A DNA stretch of 64,000 bases from Thalassobaculaceae bacterium (GCA_963691835.1 OY829383.1:3184457-3248456); one strand, 5' to 3'; counted from the first letter of the stretch, positions 30,528 through 40,223 are shown. Notes: a model not told the origin generated them from the sequence alone. A program made the numbers and translations.

Positions 30528-31366
30528 GCGACACCTCGAAACGCAAAGCCCCCGCGGCGACGGAACGCTTGCGCCGTAGGAGGCGCCGGGTCCGCATCAC
30601 GTCGGTCACGGCGCAGATCCCGAACATGCTGACGGTTTTGGCACTCTGCGCAGGGCTATCGTCGGTCCGCTACGCGTTGATGGAACGGTGGGAAGAGGCC
30701 GTCGTGGCCGTGGCCGTGGCCGCCGTGCTTGATGCGCTCGATGGCCGTATGGCGCGCTTGCTGAAGCAGACCAGCAAGTTCGGTGCGGAACTGGATAGCC
30801 TGTCGGACTTCGTCGCGTTCGGTGTGGCGCCTGGGTTGGTGCTGTTTCTGTGGAGTGTTTCGGAACTCGATCCGTTCGGATGGATCGCCGTCCTGATCTA
30901 CGCCACCTGCATGGCTTTGCGGCTGGCGCGGTTCAACACGGCGACCGACGATCCAGACATGCCGCCGTTCGCTTACCGGTTCTTCGTAGGCGTGCCTGCA
31001 CCCGCCGCCGCCGGAATTGCCCTTTTGCCCATACTGCTCTCCGTCACGTTCGAAGAGACCTGGAGCAAGGAACCTTTGCTGGTTGCCGGATGGCTCGTGA
31101 TCACGGCGTTATTGATGGTCAGCCGCCTGCCGACTTACTCCTTCAAGGGGACCCGCCTGCCGCAAAGTCTTGTGATGCCCCTCTTGGTGGCCACTGGCGG
31201 CGTCGCTATGGCGATGACCGTGGCGCCTTGGCAAACGCTGACGGGAATCGTCTTGGCATATGTTGCAACGATTCCGATCTCCTGCCGGAGCTATCTCCGC
31301 CTGAAGCGCTTGTCCGCGTCTTCTCCGAAGGCCGCTGAGCCCGAAGACCCGAAATCAAAGGACTGA
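30524..31366 (+). CDS. pssA: CDP-diacylglycerol--serine O-phosphatidyltransferase
   Basis: CDP-alcohol phosphatidyltransferase motif [28 protein letters not shown], a polytopic membrane protein, translationally coupled to psd. Confidence 0.85.
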   Translation: MSDTSKRKAPAATERLRRRRRRVRITSVTAQIPNMLTVLALCAGLSSVRYALMERWEEAVVAVAVAAVLDALDGRMARLLKQTSKFGAELDSLSDFVAFGVAPGLVLFLWSVSELDPFGWIAVLIYATCMALRLARFNTATDDPDMPPFAYRFFVGVPAPAAAGIALLPILLSVTFEETWSKEPLLVAGWLVITALLMVSRLPTYSFKGTRLPQSLVMPLLVATGGVAMAMTVAPWQTLTGIVLAYVATIPISCRSYLRLKRLSASSPKAAEPEDPKSKD

Positions 31367-31376
31367 CGGAGCGGCC

Positions 31377-31982
31377 ATGCTCGACGCGGCGATGCGGAAG
31401 ATCATTGACCCGCCGCTGGACCGGATTGGCCTTGGTGCCGCCAGGATGGGCCTGTCCCCCAACGCGGTAACCGTCATTGGCTTTTTTGTCGGCATGGCGG
31501 CCGTCCCGGCCCTAGCGTTCCAAAACTATGGATTGGCCTTGGCGTTGATCCTGGTGAATCGGTTCTGCGATGGCTTGGACGGCGCGGTCGCCCGCCATTC
31601 CCGTGTGTCCGATCTGGGCGGTTATCTGGATATCGTACTGGACTTCATATTCTACTCAGCCGTGGTTTTTGGCATGGCGCTGGGCCGGCCCGAAGATGCC
31701 GTCGCTGCCACCTTTCTGGTGTTCAGTTTCATGGGGACGGGATCGTCGTTTCTGACCTTCTCGATCATCGCAGCCAAACGTGGGGTGACCACGGAGGTGA
31801 GGGGGCGCAAGTCCTTCTACTATCTGGGTGGATTGACCGAGGGGACGGAGACCATCGGCCTGTTCGTCGCGTTCTGCCTGTTTCCCGAGTGGTTTGCCCT
31901 GATGGCATGGGTCTTCGGCGGGCTTTGTTGGTTAACCACCGCAACACGCATCGCGGAGGCCCACTCGGCCTTTCGGGACTGA
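31377..31982 (+). CDS. CDP-alcohol phosphatidyltransferase family protein (substrate unknown)
   Basis: 201 aa with motif DGLDGAVARHSRVSDLGGYLDIVLDF (D-G-x2-A-R-x8-G-x3-D-x3-D) and hydrophobic helices. Confidence 0.7.
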   Translation: MLDAAMRKIIDPPLDRIGLGAARMGLSPNAVTVIGFFVGMAAVPALAFQNYGLALALILVNRFCDGLDGAVARHSRVSDLGGYLDIVLDFIFYSAVVFGMALGRPEDAVAATFLVFSFMGTGSSFLTFSIIAAKRGVTTEVRGRKSFYYLGGLTEGTETIGLFVAFCLFPEWFALMAWVFGGLCWLTTATRIAEAHSAFRD

Positions 31983-32125
31983 TGCCGGTTCATGCGATGC
32001 GGCCGCATCCCCCGTCCTGATAGGGGCGGGACGCTTGCGGGCGTTCCCCGCTGAGGCTATACAGCCGCCGACCGTGCCGGGTCCTGCCCGGCCTGATTTA
32101 TCCTCCGTCACAAAGGACCGACGCC

Positions 32126-32542
32126 ATGGAGCGCACTTTCTCCATCATCAAGCCCGACGCCACCACACGGAACCTGACCGGCGCGATCAACAAGATGATC
32201 GAGGACTCGGGCCTCCGGATCGTCGCGCAGAAGCGGCTCATGCTGTCGCTCGCGCAAGCTCAGGCGTTCTACGCGGTCCACTCGGAGCGGCCGTTCTACG
32301 ATGAGCTGACGGAGTACATGAGCTCGGCCCCTGTTGTGGTGCAGGTTCTTGAGGGCGAGAACGCGATTGCCAAGTACCGTGAGGTCATGGGCGCCACCAA
32401 CCCCGCGGAAGCTGCCGACGGCACCATCCGAAAGGTCCATGCGCTCAGCATCGGCGAGAACTCGGTCCATGGCTCCGACGCGCCGGAGACGGCTGCCGAA
32501 GAGATCGCCTTCTTCTTCTCCGGCATCGAGATGGTGGGCTAA
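32126..32542 (+). CDS. ndk: Nucleoside-diphosphate kinase
   Basis: [12 protein letters not shown]...RPFY...GATNP...NSVHGSDA: a textbook Ndk sequence with the active-site His in NSVHGSD. Confidence 0.95.
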   Translation: MERTFSIIKPDATTRNLTGAINKMIEDSGLRIVAQKRLMLSLAQAQAFYAVHSERPFYDELTEYMSSAPVVVQVLEGENAIAKYREVMGATNPAEAADGTIRKVHALSIGENSVHGSDAPETAAEEIAFFFSGIEMVG

Positions 32543-32570
32543 CCGCCGCCCCTCCTGCATAACGACCGAT

Positions 32571-32600
32571 AAGGGCCCCCTCGCCGGGGTCCTTTTCTTA
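32571..32600. terminator. Hairpin plus T-run after ndk (shared convergent terminator)
   Basis: aagggcccc (32571-32579) / loop ctcgcc / ggggtcctt (32586-32594) gives a 9-bp stem with one G-T pair, followed by ttctta. It sits between the ndk stop and the stop of the convergent 32598 gene. Confidence 0.5.
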
Positions 32601-33863
32601 TGCGGTCCCTTCGGCCTTGGACTTCCAATCGAGGAAGTGCGGGCGATGCTCAAAGAAGCTGTCGGCGATGCGCGTGTGCTCGGAGGCCAGGGAATAAAAA
32701 ACTGCACCCTGGAGCTGGTTCTGGGGGATGTTCTTGATGTTCCGTTCGAACACCTGCCCCATGGTCACGAAGTTCTTCTGGGATTCCGGGTCTTTGACCG
32801 GCTCTCCGTCGAGGAAGCGGATCAGATCCAGGGCCCCGTCGCGGAGTTCCTCGGGCGTGTTCTCAATGACCTCGATGCCGTTCTCCGTGAACTGATCGGT
32901 CATGGTCAACATCGGCGCGCCCAGGCGAAGGAAGTCCTGGTAGGTCATCTCCTCTCCGGTCTGACGTGACCGGAATCGCTTCAACATGAAGATATCCTCC
33001 GGTCTTGGCTCGCGGGCGAGATCTGGCACCACGTTCGCCAGCAGCATGGGTTTCCGGAAACCCCGCAGGATGGCCTCCGGTCCTGAAAGCTGCATGATGC
33101 CGACCGTGCACCGGCCGCACATATAGACGTCCATCCAGGTGCCGTGCTGCTGGAGGTGTGGGATATCCACGACTCGTTCGTGGGTACGGGTCAGTTTCGG
33201 TGACGTCTTGTCCCCGATCCGAAACACCCAGTAGCCGTTCTCCACCAGCGCATCGATGGCAAGGTGGTAGGCATTGACGTCCGCGCACCTGAAGGAATGG
33301 TGGGTCATGAAGCTGGCGTAGCCGGTGTCCCGCACGTGCAGGAGCGCGATCGGCGCGTCTTCCGGGACGCCGAGGCTCTCAAGCCAAGGCTCACCTTGCG
33401 CCTTCAGCCGCGGTGACAGCTCGAACGGGGCGATCTGCCCGCCTCGCCGGGTGAAATCGGAGAAGAACGCGTAGAGAGTCTCCGGCGACATCACCAGAAA
33501 ATCGAAGGCGTCGAACTGAAGAAGCCCGTGGTGGAGGTAGCCCAGCTTGACGATGTTCTGTTCGGTCGTTTCCAGGTGTTCGATGTTCGGGCCAACGACC
33601 TCGAACACGCTTCTGTTCGCGTAAAGATGCTCCATCGTCCCCGTGACGATCAGGATTTGGTCGTAGTTCTTCCCGAACATGGAATTGACGAACATCGTCT
33701 CGATCGCCGCGTGTCCGATCCGCACGGCTTGGGCGATGATGTAAACAAGGGTCCGCTTGTTCGGATGCAGCTTTGGCGCGATCAGGGCCGCGAGTCGTTT
33801 GATGTTCTCCGCGCTCAACATCTCTTTGAGCGCTTCGGGAGAGATCTGCTGCACACCACTCAT
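32598..33863 (-). CDS. Conserved hypothetical protein, paralog 1 (possibly a TIGR04372-like putative glycosyltransferase; unverified)
   Basis: 421-aa ORF with good codon periodicity and a strong paralog immediately upstream. The function call rests only on my recollection of a family of this size and composition. Confidence 0.6.
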   Translation of the reverse strand: MSGVQQISPEALKEMLSAENIKRLAALIAPKLHPNKRTLVYIIAQAVRIGHAAIETMFVNSMFGKNYDQILIVTGTMEHLYANRSVFEVVGPNIEHLETTEQNIVKLGYLHHGLLQFDAFDFLVMSPETLYAFFSDFTRRGGQIAPFELSPRLKAQGEPWLESLGVPEDAPIALLHVRDTGYASFMTHHSFRCADVNAYHLAIDALVENGYWVFRIGDKTSPKLTRTHERVVDIPHLQQHGTWMDVYMCGRCTVGIMQLSGPEAILRGFRKPMLLANVVPDLAREPRPEDIFMLKRFRSRQTGEEMTYQDFLRLGAPMLTMTDQFTENGIEVIENTPEELRDGALDLIRFLDGEPVKDPESQKNFVTMGQVFERNIKNIPQNQLQGAVFYSLASEHTRIADSFFEHRPHFLDWKSKAEGTA

Positions 33864-33942
33864 TCACGGCGTTCCAGTTTGGGTGATTGCTTGTCCGCCG
33901 AATGGCCCGAAGGTCTCCGCAACGACGAGGCCGAGATGTGAG

Positions 33943-35214
33943 CTATCCGGCCGGCTGATCCTCGTCCGCATCCTTCCAATCCAGGAACCCGGGCCGGTGA
34001 TCGAAGAAGCTGTCCGCCATCCGCGCGTGTTGGGAGGCGAGCGAATAGTAGACTTGCCCTTTGGCCTGCTGGTTTGGGATTGATGCCACATAGTCCTGGA
34101 ACGCCCGGCCCATGACGATGAACTTCTCTTGCATGTCCGGGTCGCGCGGTGGCTCTCCGTCCAGGCAACGCAGCATGTCGAGGGTCGCGTCCCGGAGTTC
34201 CTCGGGTGTGTTTTCGATGACTTCGATCCCCGCCTGTTCGTACTGATCCGACATGGTCAGAAGCGGGGCGCCTTTTTCAAGGTACGCCTCGTAGGTCATG
34301 TCTTCCCCGGTTTCCTTGGAAACGAAGCGCTTCATCAACCAGAGCTCTCGCGGGAACGGGTCTCGCGCAAGATCGGGTACGACATTGGCGAGCAACATCG
34401 GCTTCCGGAATCCGCGCACGATGACTTCCGGCCCGGACAACTGGACGATGCCGAAATCGCACCGGCCGCACATATAGACATCCATCCAGTTCGCGTGGCC
34501 CGCACGGTGGGGAATGTCCACGGCCTGCTCGCTCGGGTGCTCCAACGGCGGGGACGTCTTGTCGCCGATCCGGAAAACCCACCAGCCCCGCTCGATCAGC
34601 GCATCGATCGCAAGATTATAATTCTTCACGTCGGCGCATCGATAGAAGTGGTGGGTCATGAAGCTCGCGTATCCACGATCCCGGACGTGCAAGAGAGCGA
34701 TCGGCGCGTCTTTCGGAACGCCAAGTCCCTCTAGCCAGGCGTCCCCTAACGCGTTCAGACGAGGAGACAATTCAAAGGGCCGTATCTCTCCGCCTGCGCG
34801 GGTGTGAGCGGAGAACTGCGCATACAGCGTTTCCGGCGACATGATCAGCAGGTCAAACCGGTCGAACCGCATCAGTCCGTGATGGAGATAGCCGAGCATC
34901 ACGACGCTTTCCTCGCCCGTTTCCACATGGACGACGTTGGGCCCGAGGATCTCAAAAACACTTCTGTTCGCGTAGAGATGCTCCAGCGCGCCGGTGATGA
35001 TCAGAATCTGGTCGTATTTGTCCTCGAACAGGGACTTCACAATCATCGACTCCGCCGCGGAATGTCCGATCCGGACCGCTTGGGCGATGATGTAGACAAG
35101 GGTCTTCTTGTTGGTGCCGAGCTTTGGCGCAATCAGGCCGGCCAGCTTCTTCATGTTCTCGGCACTCAGCATTTGCTGAAGCGCCTCCGGCGATATCTGC
35201 TGCACACCGCTCAT
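33943..35214 (-). CDS. Conserved hypothetical protein, paralog 2 of the 32598-33863 gene
   Basis: From the ATG at 35214 the N-terminus MSGVQQISPEAL... is identical to paralog 1. 47 of the first 60 residues are identical by eye, and similarity continues to the C-terminus (...FLDWK). Confidence 0.6.
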   Translation of the reverse strand: MSGVQQISPEALQQMLSAENMKKLAGLIAPKLGTNKKTLVYIIAQAVRIGHSAAESMIVKSLFEDKYDQILIITGALEHLYANRSVFEILGPNVVHVETGEESVVMLGYLHHGLMRFDRFDLLIMSPETLYAQFSAHTRAGGEIRPFELSPRLNALGDAWLEGLGVPKDAPIALLHVRDRGYASFMTHHFYRCADVKNYNLAIDALIERGWWVFRIGDKTSPPLEHPSEQAVDIPHRAGHANWMDVYMCGRCDFGIVQLSGPEVIVRGFRKPMLLANVVPDLARDPFPRELWLMKRFVSKETGEDMTYEAYLEKGAPLLTMSDQYEQAGIEVIENTPEELRDATLDMLRCLDGEPPRDPDMQEKFIVMGRAFQDYVASIPNQQAKGQVYYSLASQHARMADSFFDHRPGFLDWKDADEDQPAG

Positions 35215-35536
35215 CGACGGATCCTCGCTTCCAGGCTGCGTAAAAGAAGTCTCCGCGCTAACTCCGACCGGTGTCAAATCGTCTGAAATTCAAGACAAAA
35301 TGCTGTTTTGGCAGAGCGCATTGTCCCCTAGGGACTCTGTGTGCCCTCCAGACAGCGCCGCGTTAAGACGACCGAATCCGCTGATGAGACGGCTAGAGCC
35401 ATAGCGCTTCGAACGGAAGCCGTGCGGAACCCGAATGATGAAAGTTGTGTTTTGGTGATACCAGTTTTGATTGGCGCCCTTATATTCAGGACAGCGGGTT
35501 TGATGTTGACCGATCTAAACGCGACAGTGGGGGACA

Positions 35537-35830
35537 ATGGCTCTGATCCTCGGGTATGAGGTGCAGGTGAAACGGGGCAGCAAATGGGAAACCATCTCGC
35601 GCTACGACCCGGATGACCGGCTGCAGGCCCAAAAGGTTTTCAAGTCTCCCGTGAACGACCCGTCCATCACCGGAATTCGATGGGTGATGGAAAAAATGTC
35701 GGATGATGGGGCATTTCGAACCCGTCCGTTGGGTTTTCGGTGGATGAATTCCGATAGCACTGAATCAAAAGGAGCCAGTGCGAAACCGGCGACAGAGAAG
35801 CACGGCTTAAAGGGCGCGAAGAGGCGTTAG
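35537..35830 (+). CDS. Small hypothetical protein
   Basis: 97-aa ORF in a lower-GC, otherwise non-coding ~0.9-kb gap. No recognisable motif and weak support. Confidence 0.3.
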   Translation: MALILGYEVQVKRGSKWETISRYDPDDRLQAQKVFKSPVNDPSITGIRWVMEKMSDDGAFRTRPLGFRWMNSDSTESKGASAKPATEKHGLKGAKRR

Positions 35831-36071
35831 AGTATGGCTCCAAGTCCCCAAGATGGCGGGCGTGCATCCTCTGCCAAGGTTCCGAATGCAGCCAACCGGA
35901 GCCGCACCGACAAACGTTAAAGTGGGCCAGATTAGACGTTCGCCGACATCGGGTGCGGTCTACCCGCATCAGATCCGGTCCGGTCGGCGGCGGCCAAGCC
36001 AGGTTCTCCTCCGATCTGATTAATCCGGGTTTCGGAAGCACCAGTCTCCGTGACCGCGGCAAGGTGAAGCT

Positions 36072-36100
36072 GAAGGGCACCGCCAAAGCGGTTACCCTTC
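36072..36100 (-). terminator. Hairpin downstream of the MCP gene
   Basis: gaagggcaccgc (36072-36083) / caaa / gcggttacccttc (36088-36100) forms an imperfect stem with one bulge, 33 nt after the MCP stop on the minus strand. No clear U-run. Confidence 0.3.
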
Positions 36101-36132
36101 ACGCTTGCTGATCTGCTTCAGGCGGTCTCGGT

Positions 36133-37284
36133 TCAGGCAACCGAACGCGCACTGTCCAAGAACTCGTCCACGATCAGCCTCAGCTTCTCCGATTGTACGG
36201 ACAGCTCGCCTGCCGCCCCATTTACTTCGGTTGCCGAGGCGCCGGTCTCCTGCGCGCCTCTGGTGACTTCGGCGATGTTGGATGTCACTTCCGCTGTTCC
36301 GTCCGAGGCTTGTTCGATGTTGCGGGCGATTTCCTGAGTGGCGGCGGATTGCTCCTCCACCGCCGCGGAAACCGCGGAGTTCGCATCGTTGATCGTCTGG
36401 ACCTGATTGGCGATGTCCCGGATGCTTGAGACGGTGGACTCCGTTGCATCTCGAATGCTGTCGACGTAGCCGCTGATCTCGCCCGTTGCTTCGCTGGTTT
36501 GGTTCGCCAGTGCTTTCACCTCGTTGGCGACCACCGCAAACCCCTTACCCGCCTCTCCTGCTCGGGCGGCTTCAATGGTCGCATTCAGGGCGAGGAGGTT
36601 TGTCTGCTCGGAGATGTCCCGGATGATGGCCAGAGCGCTGACGATATTCCTGGTCGCACTCTCCAGGAGTCCGATGCGCTCGACCACATCCGTAGCCCGA
36701 TCGGCCGCTTCGTTGGCAATGCGCGATGCATTGGTGACCTGCCCGCTTATCTTGGTGATGGACGAGGACAGCTCTTCTGAGGCCGAAGCAACCGTCTGCA
36801 CGTTCACTGCAGCTTGCTCAGCGGCGGCAGCAACAGAGGCGGACCGGACGCTGGTGTCGTTGGCGATCCCTTGCATCGTCTCGGAAAACGACGTGAGTTC
36901 CGTGGCCGCTGAGGCGACCGTATCGACGACCGTTGCGACAGTGGACTCAAAGCCCGCTGTGACGGCCTGAAAGGCCTTCACTTTGTGTTCCATCGCCTCC
37001 AGAGCGCCATTTACGGTCCGGGATGCGGACAGAAAGTCACCCTGCATGCTCGTTTCAATGATCTTGCGGTAATAGTTGTTTTCGCTCACCGAAGCCATGC
37101 ACGCCGAAGACTCACGTACATAGGCGTCACACCGGTCGACCAAGTCATTGATCGCGTGAAGCAGTTCCGCCACGTCGTCGCTGCCCGAGATCTCTGTCAA
37201 TCGCGCATCGAAGTTTCCGGCTGCCATTTCCCGAACGATTGGCAGTGCAGACTTGATCCGGGCATTTCCATTCAGTCCGAACAT
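36133..37284 (-). CDS. Soluble methyl-accepting chemotaxis protein (signalling domain, no transmembrane segments)
   Basis: 383 aa with a highly conserved MCP hairpin tip: [40 protein letters not shown]. No hydrophobic helices. A HAMP-like stretch lies near the N-terminus. Confidence 0.9.
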   Translation of the reverse strand: MFGLNGNARIKSALPIVREMAAGNFDARLTEISGSDDVAELLHAINDLVDRCDAYVRESSACMASVSENNYYRKIIETSMQGDFLSASRTVNGALEAMEHKVKAFQAVTAGFESTVATVVDTVASAATELTSFSETMQGIANDTSVRSASVAAAAEQAAVNVQTVASASEELSSSITKISGQVTNASRIANEAADRATDVVERIGLLESATRNIVSALAIIRDISEQTNLLALNATIEAARAGEAGKGFAVVANEVKALANQTSEATGEISGYVDSIRDATESTVSSIRDIANQVQTINDANSAVSAAVEEQSAATQEIARNIEQASDGTAEVTSNIAEVTRGAQETGASATEVNGAAGELSVQSEKLRLIVDEFLDSARSVA

Positions 37285-37287
37285 GTC

Positions 37288-37821
37288 TCACACTCCCAGA
37301 TTGAACATAAGTTCGTTGAATTCCTTGCCTTCGCCCTGGAGAAGGTCCGCGACAATCCGTTCTCCGGCCGCCAAACCGTCCTTTGGCGACGACGCAGCCT
37401 TCTCTGCCTTCAGCAGCCGGTCGTAGAGGGGGATGATATGGTTCTCCAGAACGTCTCGCCTGGGGGCTCTCCGGTTGCTGTGATAGCCGAGGATGTTGCC
37501 GTCCACGTCCCGGCTCGGGGTGACATGCGCAAGAACCCAGTAATGGTCTCCGTTCTTCGCCCGGTTGTTCACATAGGCAAAGATCTCACGGCCGGACTGA
37601 ATGGTATCCCAAAGCAGCTTGAAGACCGTGCGCGGCATCTCGGGGTGCCGAATGATGTTGTGCTGTTTGCCAATGCACTCATGCGGCTCGTAGCCGGCAA
37701 ACTTGAAGAACGTTCGGTTTCCGTAGCGGATTTTCCCGTCCGGATCGGTCTTGGTGACGATGATCTCGGCTGGATCCATCATTTGTTCGTGACGGGTCAG
37801 GCTTTGGTTGGCTCCGTACAT
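37288..37821 (-). CDS. Stand-alone Aer-type PAS (probable FAD-binding) sensor domain protein
   Basis: 177 aa: IVTKTDPDGKIRYGNRTFFKFAGYEPHECIGKQHNIIRHPEMPRTVFKLLWDTIQSGREIFAYVNNRAKNGDHYWVLAHVTPS matches the N-terminal PAS of Aer aerotaxis receptors almost motif for motif. Its stop is 3 nt before the MCP start. Confidence 0.85.
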   Translation of the reverse strand: MYGANQSLTRHEQMMDPAEIIVTKTDPDGKIRYGNRTFFKFAGYEPHECIGKQHNIIRHPEMPRTVFKLLWDTIQSGREIFAYVNNRAKNGDHYWVLAHVTPSRDVDGNILGYHSNRRAPRRDVLENHIIPLYDRLLKAEKAASSPKDGLAAGERIVADLLQGEGKEFNELMFNLGV

Positions 37822-38132
37822 GCGCGTTACCCCTCCAACTTAGTGCCCTGGCGCATCGGCCAGCCAAAAGACGTTGATGGGATTGTTGCTTATAAAAACA
37901 GTCTGCTCAGTGATCTATGTCAATTTGTGAAGTAGAATCGTCCGACGGGCTGGAAAAGAGAGATTTCTGTTCCGTTTTTACAGGAATAATTCTGAGAGAG
38001 TTCGGTTAATTTTTTGTTTACCATACCGTCATGGCGGATCTTTAAGCGCCATGATGTCTGATTTTACTTAAGGGAATTCGATATGATTGGAATTTTAGGC
38101 AAATTTATATTGTTAACAGGACAGCCACACGT

Positions 38133-38471
38133 ATGAGCGATATCAAGAAGAAGCAAACCTCGGAGGGCGATTTCGTCTTCTTCGAGGGCGACCCGGCATT
38201 CGAGGCATTCATCATCAATTCTGGCCGGGTGGAGATCTTCAAGGGCACGAGAGGCAACAAGCGCGTTGTGGAGGTAATGTCGGACGGTCAGCTTTTCGGC
38301 GAGATGGGGATCATCAGCGACTCCCCCAGAAGTGTGAGCGCGCGCTGCCTGACGGCCTGCAACCTCACCGTCATCGACCGGGAGCTCCTGCTACGGAAAG
38401 TCCGGCAGTCCGATCCCTTCATTCGTTTCCTGGTCGAGTTCCTGATCGAACGGATCAAGAAGCTGTCTTAA
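38133..38471 (+). CDS. Stand-alone cyclic-nucleotide-binding domain protein
   Basis: 112 aa: GDFVFFEGDPAFEAFIINSGRVEIFK...GQLFGEMGIISDSPRSVSARCLT is a CAP/cNMP-binding beta-roll with the FGE...R-S-A phosphate-binding cassette. No DNA-binding domain follows. Confidence 0.8.
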   Translation: MSDIKKKQTSEGDFVFFEGDPAFEAFIINSGRVEIFKGTRGNKRVVEVMSDGQLFGEMGIISDSPRSVSARCLTACNLTVIDRELLLRKVRQSDPFIRFLVEFLIERIKKLS

Positions 38472-38615
38472 CAGTGCCACCCCCCTGGTCGCGGCCAAGG
38501 CCGCACCAATCGTCCGAGTTCCGTTGCTCTCCTCCGATGGCAGATGACAGGCCCGGTGTTTCGGTGCTGCCGAAACCTGTCATAGGCTCTTTCGGAAAAG
38601 CGAAGGGAGGGACCA

Positions 38616-40223
38616 ATGCAGCAGCGGCCCAACGTCATCCTCATTCTCGTCGATGATATGGGGTTCTCGGATCTCGGCGTGACCGGGTCGGAGATCCGGA
38701 CCCCGTCCCTGGACGGTCTTGCTGCCGATGGGGTGCTGCTGACCGCGATGTACAATTGCGCCCGGTGCTGCCCGACACGGGCCTCGCTGCTGACGGGACT
38801 CTATCCGCACAGCGCCGGTGTGGGGCACATGGGCGCGGATCTGGGGACCCCCGCTTATCAGGGCTTTTTGCGGAACGACAGTGCGACGATCGCGGAGGTT
38901 CTGCGTGCGGACGGCTATCGAACGCTCATGGCCGGAAAATGGCACGTGGCCGGGGATTTCATGGCGCGGGAAGTGGATTCCTGGCGGGTCGGCGATGTGG
39001 ATCATCCCACACCCCGCCAGCGGGGATTTGACCGGTTCTATGGCATCGTTGATGGCGTCACCAACTTCTTCTCCCCGCACTTCATGCTGGAGGACGACAG
39101 CCGCGTTGAGGTGTTCCCGGACGATTTCTATTTCACGGACGCGATTACCGATAAGGCCATCTCGATGATGGAGGCGTCCGTTGCCGATGAAACGCCATTC
39201 TTCCTCTATCTGGCCCATGCGGCGCCGCACTGGCCGCTCCATGCCCTGCCGGAGGATATCGCCAGATATGACGGCATCTATGACAAAGGCTGGGATGCGG
39301 TCCGCACCGCACGGCATGAGGCGCTGAATGGTCGGCACATCCTGGCCCGGAACTGGGATATATCGCCGCGCGATGACGCGGTCATGCCCTGGTCTGAGAT
39401 CGCTCTGACGGACTGGGAGGCCAGCAAGATGGCCGCCTATGCGGCGATGGTCGACAGGATGGACCAGTCGATCGGACGCGTTGTCTCCACACTGAAGCGG
39501 CTTGGACAACTCGATGACACACTGATCCTGTTCCTGTCCGACAATGGCGGATGTGCGGAGTTCATGGCCGAGGACGGTTGGGCCAAGTTTTTCCCGGACC
39601 GCACCCATGACGGCCGCCAGATCACGATGGGCAACATTCCGAACCTCCGGCCGGGGAGTGCGGTCACTTATCAGAGCTATGACAAGCCGTGGGCGAATGT
39701 CTCGAACAGCCCATTCCGTCTGTTTAAACACTATGTGCACGAAGGCGGGATCTCCACGCCGATGATCGCGCATTGGCCCAAGCGGATCGCACCGCAGCGC
39801 TCAGCGCATGCGCCATGCCACGTCGTCGACGTCCTGCCAACGATCCTGGAAGCGACGGGCAGCCCCTATGTGTCGGAACTGGGAGGACATCCGATACAGC
39901 CGTTGCAAGGGGAGAGCTTTCTTCCGCTCCTGACGGATGGAGACTGGGAACGCTCCGGTCCGATCTTCTTCGAGCATGAGGGCAACTGCGCCATCCGCGA
40001 CGGAGCCTTCAAACTTGTCCGCAAACACGGAGGGCCTTGGGAGCTCTACGACATGGATGCGGACCGGACCGAGCTCAATGACCTTGCGGGCAAGAACGCG
40101 CCGTTAGAGCAGGACCTGCTAGGCCAGTACGAGTCCTGGTCCGTCCGGACAGGGGTGATGGATTGGGACGTCGCGCTACCAAAGCTCTTGGAGGCTTGGA
40201 AAATCGGCTCGGCGGAAGGGTGA
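38616..40223 (+). CDS. Arylsulfatase (formylglycine-dependent sulfatase family)
   Basis: RPNVILILVDDMGFSDLG...CCPTRASLLTG (C-x-P-x-R formylglycine motif)...GKWH...LSDNGG. Confidence 0.9.
   Translation: MQQRPNVILILVDDMGFSDLGVTGSEIRTPSLDGLAADGVLLTAMYNCARCCPTRASLLTGLYPHSAGVGHMGADLGTPAYQGFLRNDSATIAEVLRADGYRTLMAGKWHVAGDFMAREVDSWRVGDVDHPTPRQRGFDRFYGIVDGVTNFFSPHFMLEDDSRVEVFPDDFYFTDAITDKAISMMEASVADETPFFLYLAHAAPHWPLHALPEDIARYDGIYDKGWDAVRTARHEALNGRHILARNWDISPRDDAVMPWSEIALTDWEASKMAAYAAMVDRMDQSIGRVVSTLKRLGQLDDTLILFLSDNGGCAEFMAEDGWAKFFPDRTHDGRQITMGNIPNLRPGSAVTYQSYDKPWANVSNSPFRLFKHYVHEGGISTPMIAHWPKRIAPQRSAHAPCHVVDVLPTILEATGSPYVSELGGHPIQPLQGESFLPLLTDGDWERSGPIFFEHEGNCAIRDGAFKLVRKHGGPWELYDMDADRTELNDLAGKNAPLEQDLLGQYESWSVRTGVMDWDVALPKLLEAWKIGSAEG

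Noticed and set aside
32334-32969. 211-aa plus-strand ORF spanning the ndk 3' end and the paralog gene
   Set aside because: It is out of frame with ndk and antisense to the 32598-33863 gene. The translation is Arg/Pro/Ser-rich and crosses a terminator-like hairpin.
35381-35430. CTGATGAG motif followed by a possible ACGGC/GCCGT helix, resembling a hammerhead ribozyme core
   Set aside because: After the candidate stem II the sequence reads GCGGAAC rather than the obligatory CGAAA core. No convincing stems I/III or cleavage-site triplet could be drawn. An 8-mer match is expected by chance in 128 kb of two-strand sequence.
35667-36086. 139-aa minus-strand ORF in the gap before the MCP gene
   Set aside because: It overlaps the 97-aa plus-strand ORF, has no start context or motifs, and has an odd composition. 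There is insufficient support to call either ORF confidently; only the plus-strand ORF is listed, at low confidence.
38580-39773. 397-aa minus-strand ORF, and similar ones at 42604-43701, 13374-14225, 44202-45128 and 16027-16704
   Set aside because: All are antisense to well-supported genes (arylsulfatase, cyclase, TAXI receptor, GST/cupin, TRAP permease). Their composition is Arg/Gly/Asp/His-biased, typical of GC-rich shadow ORFs.
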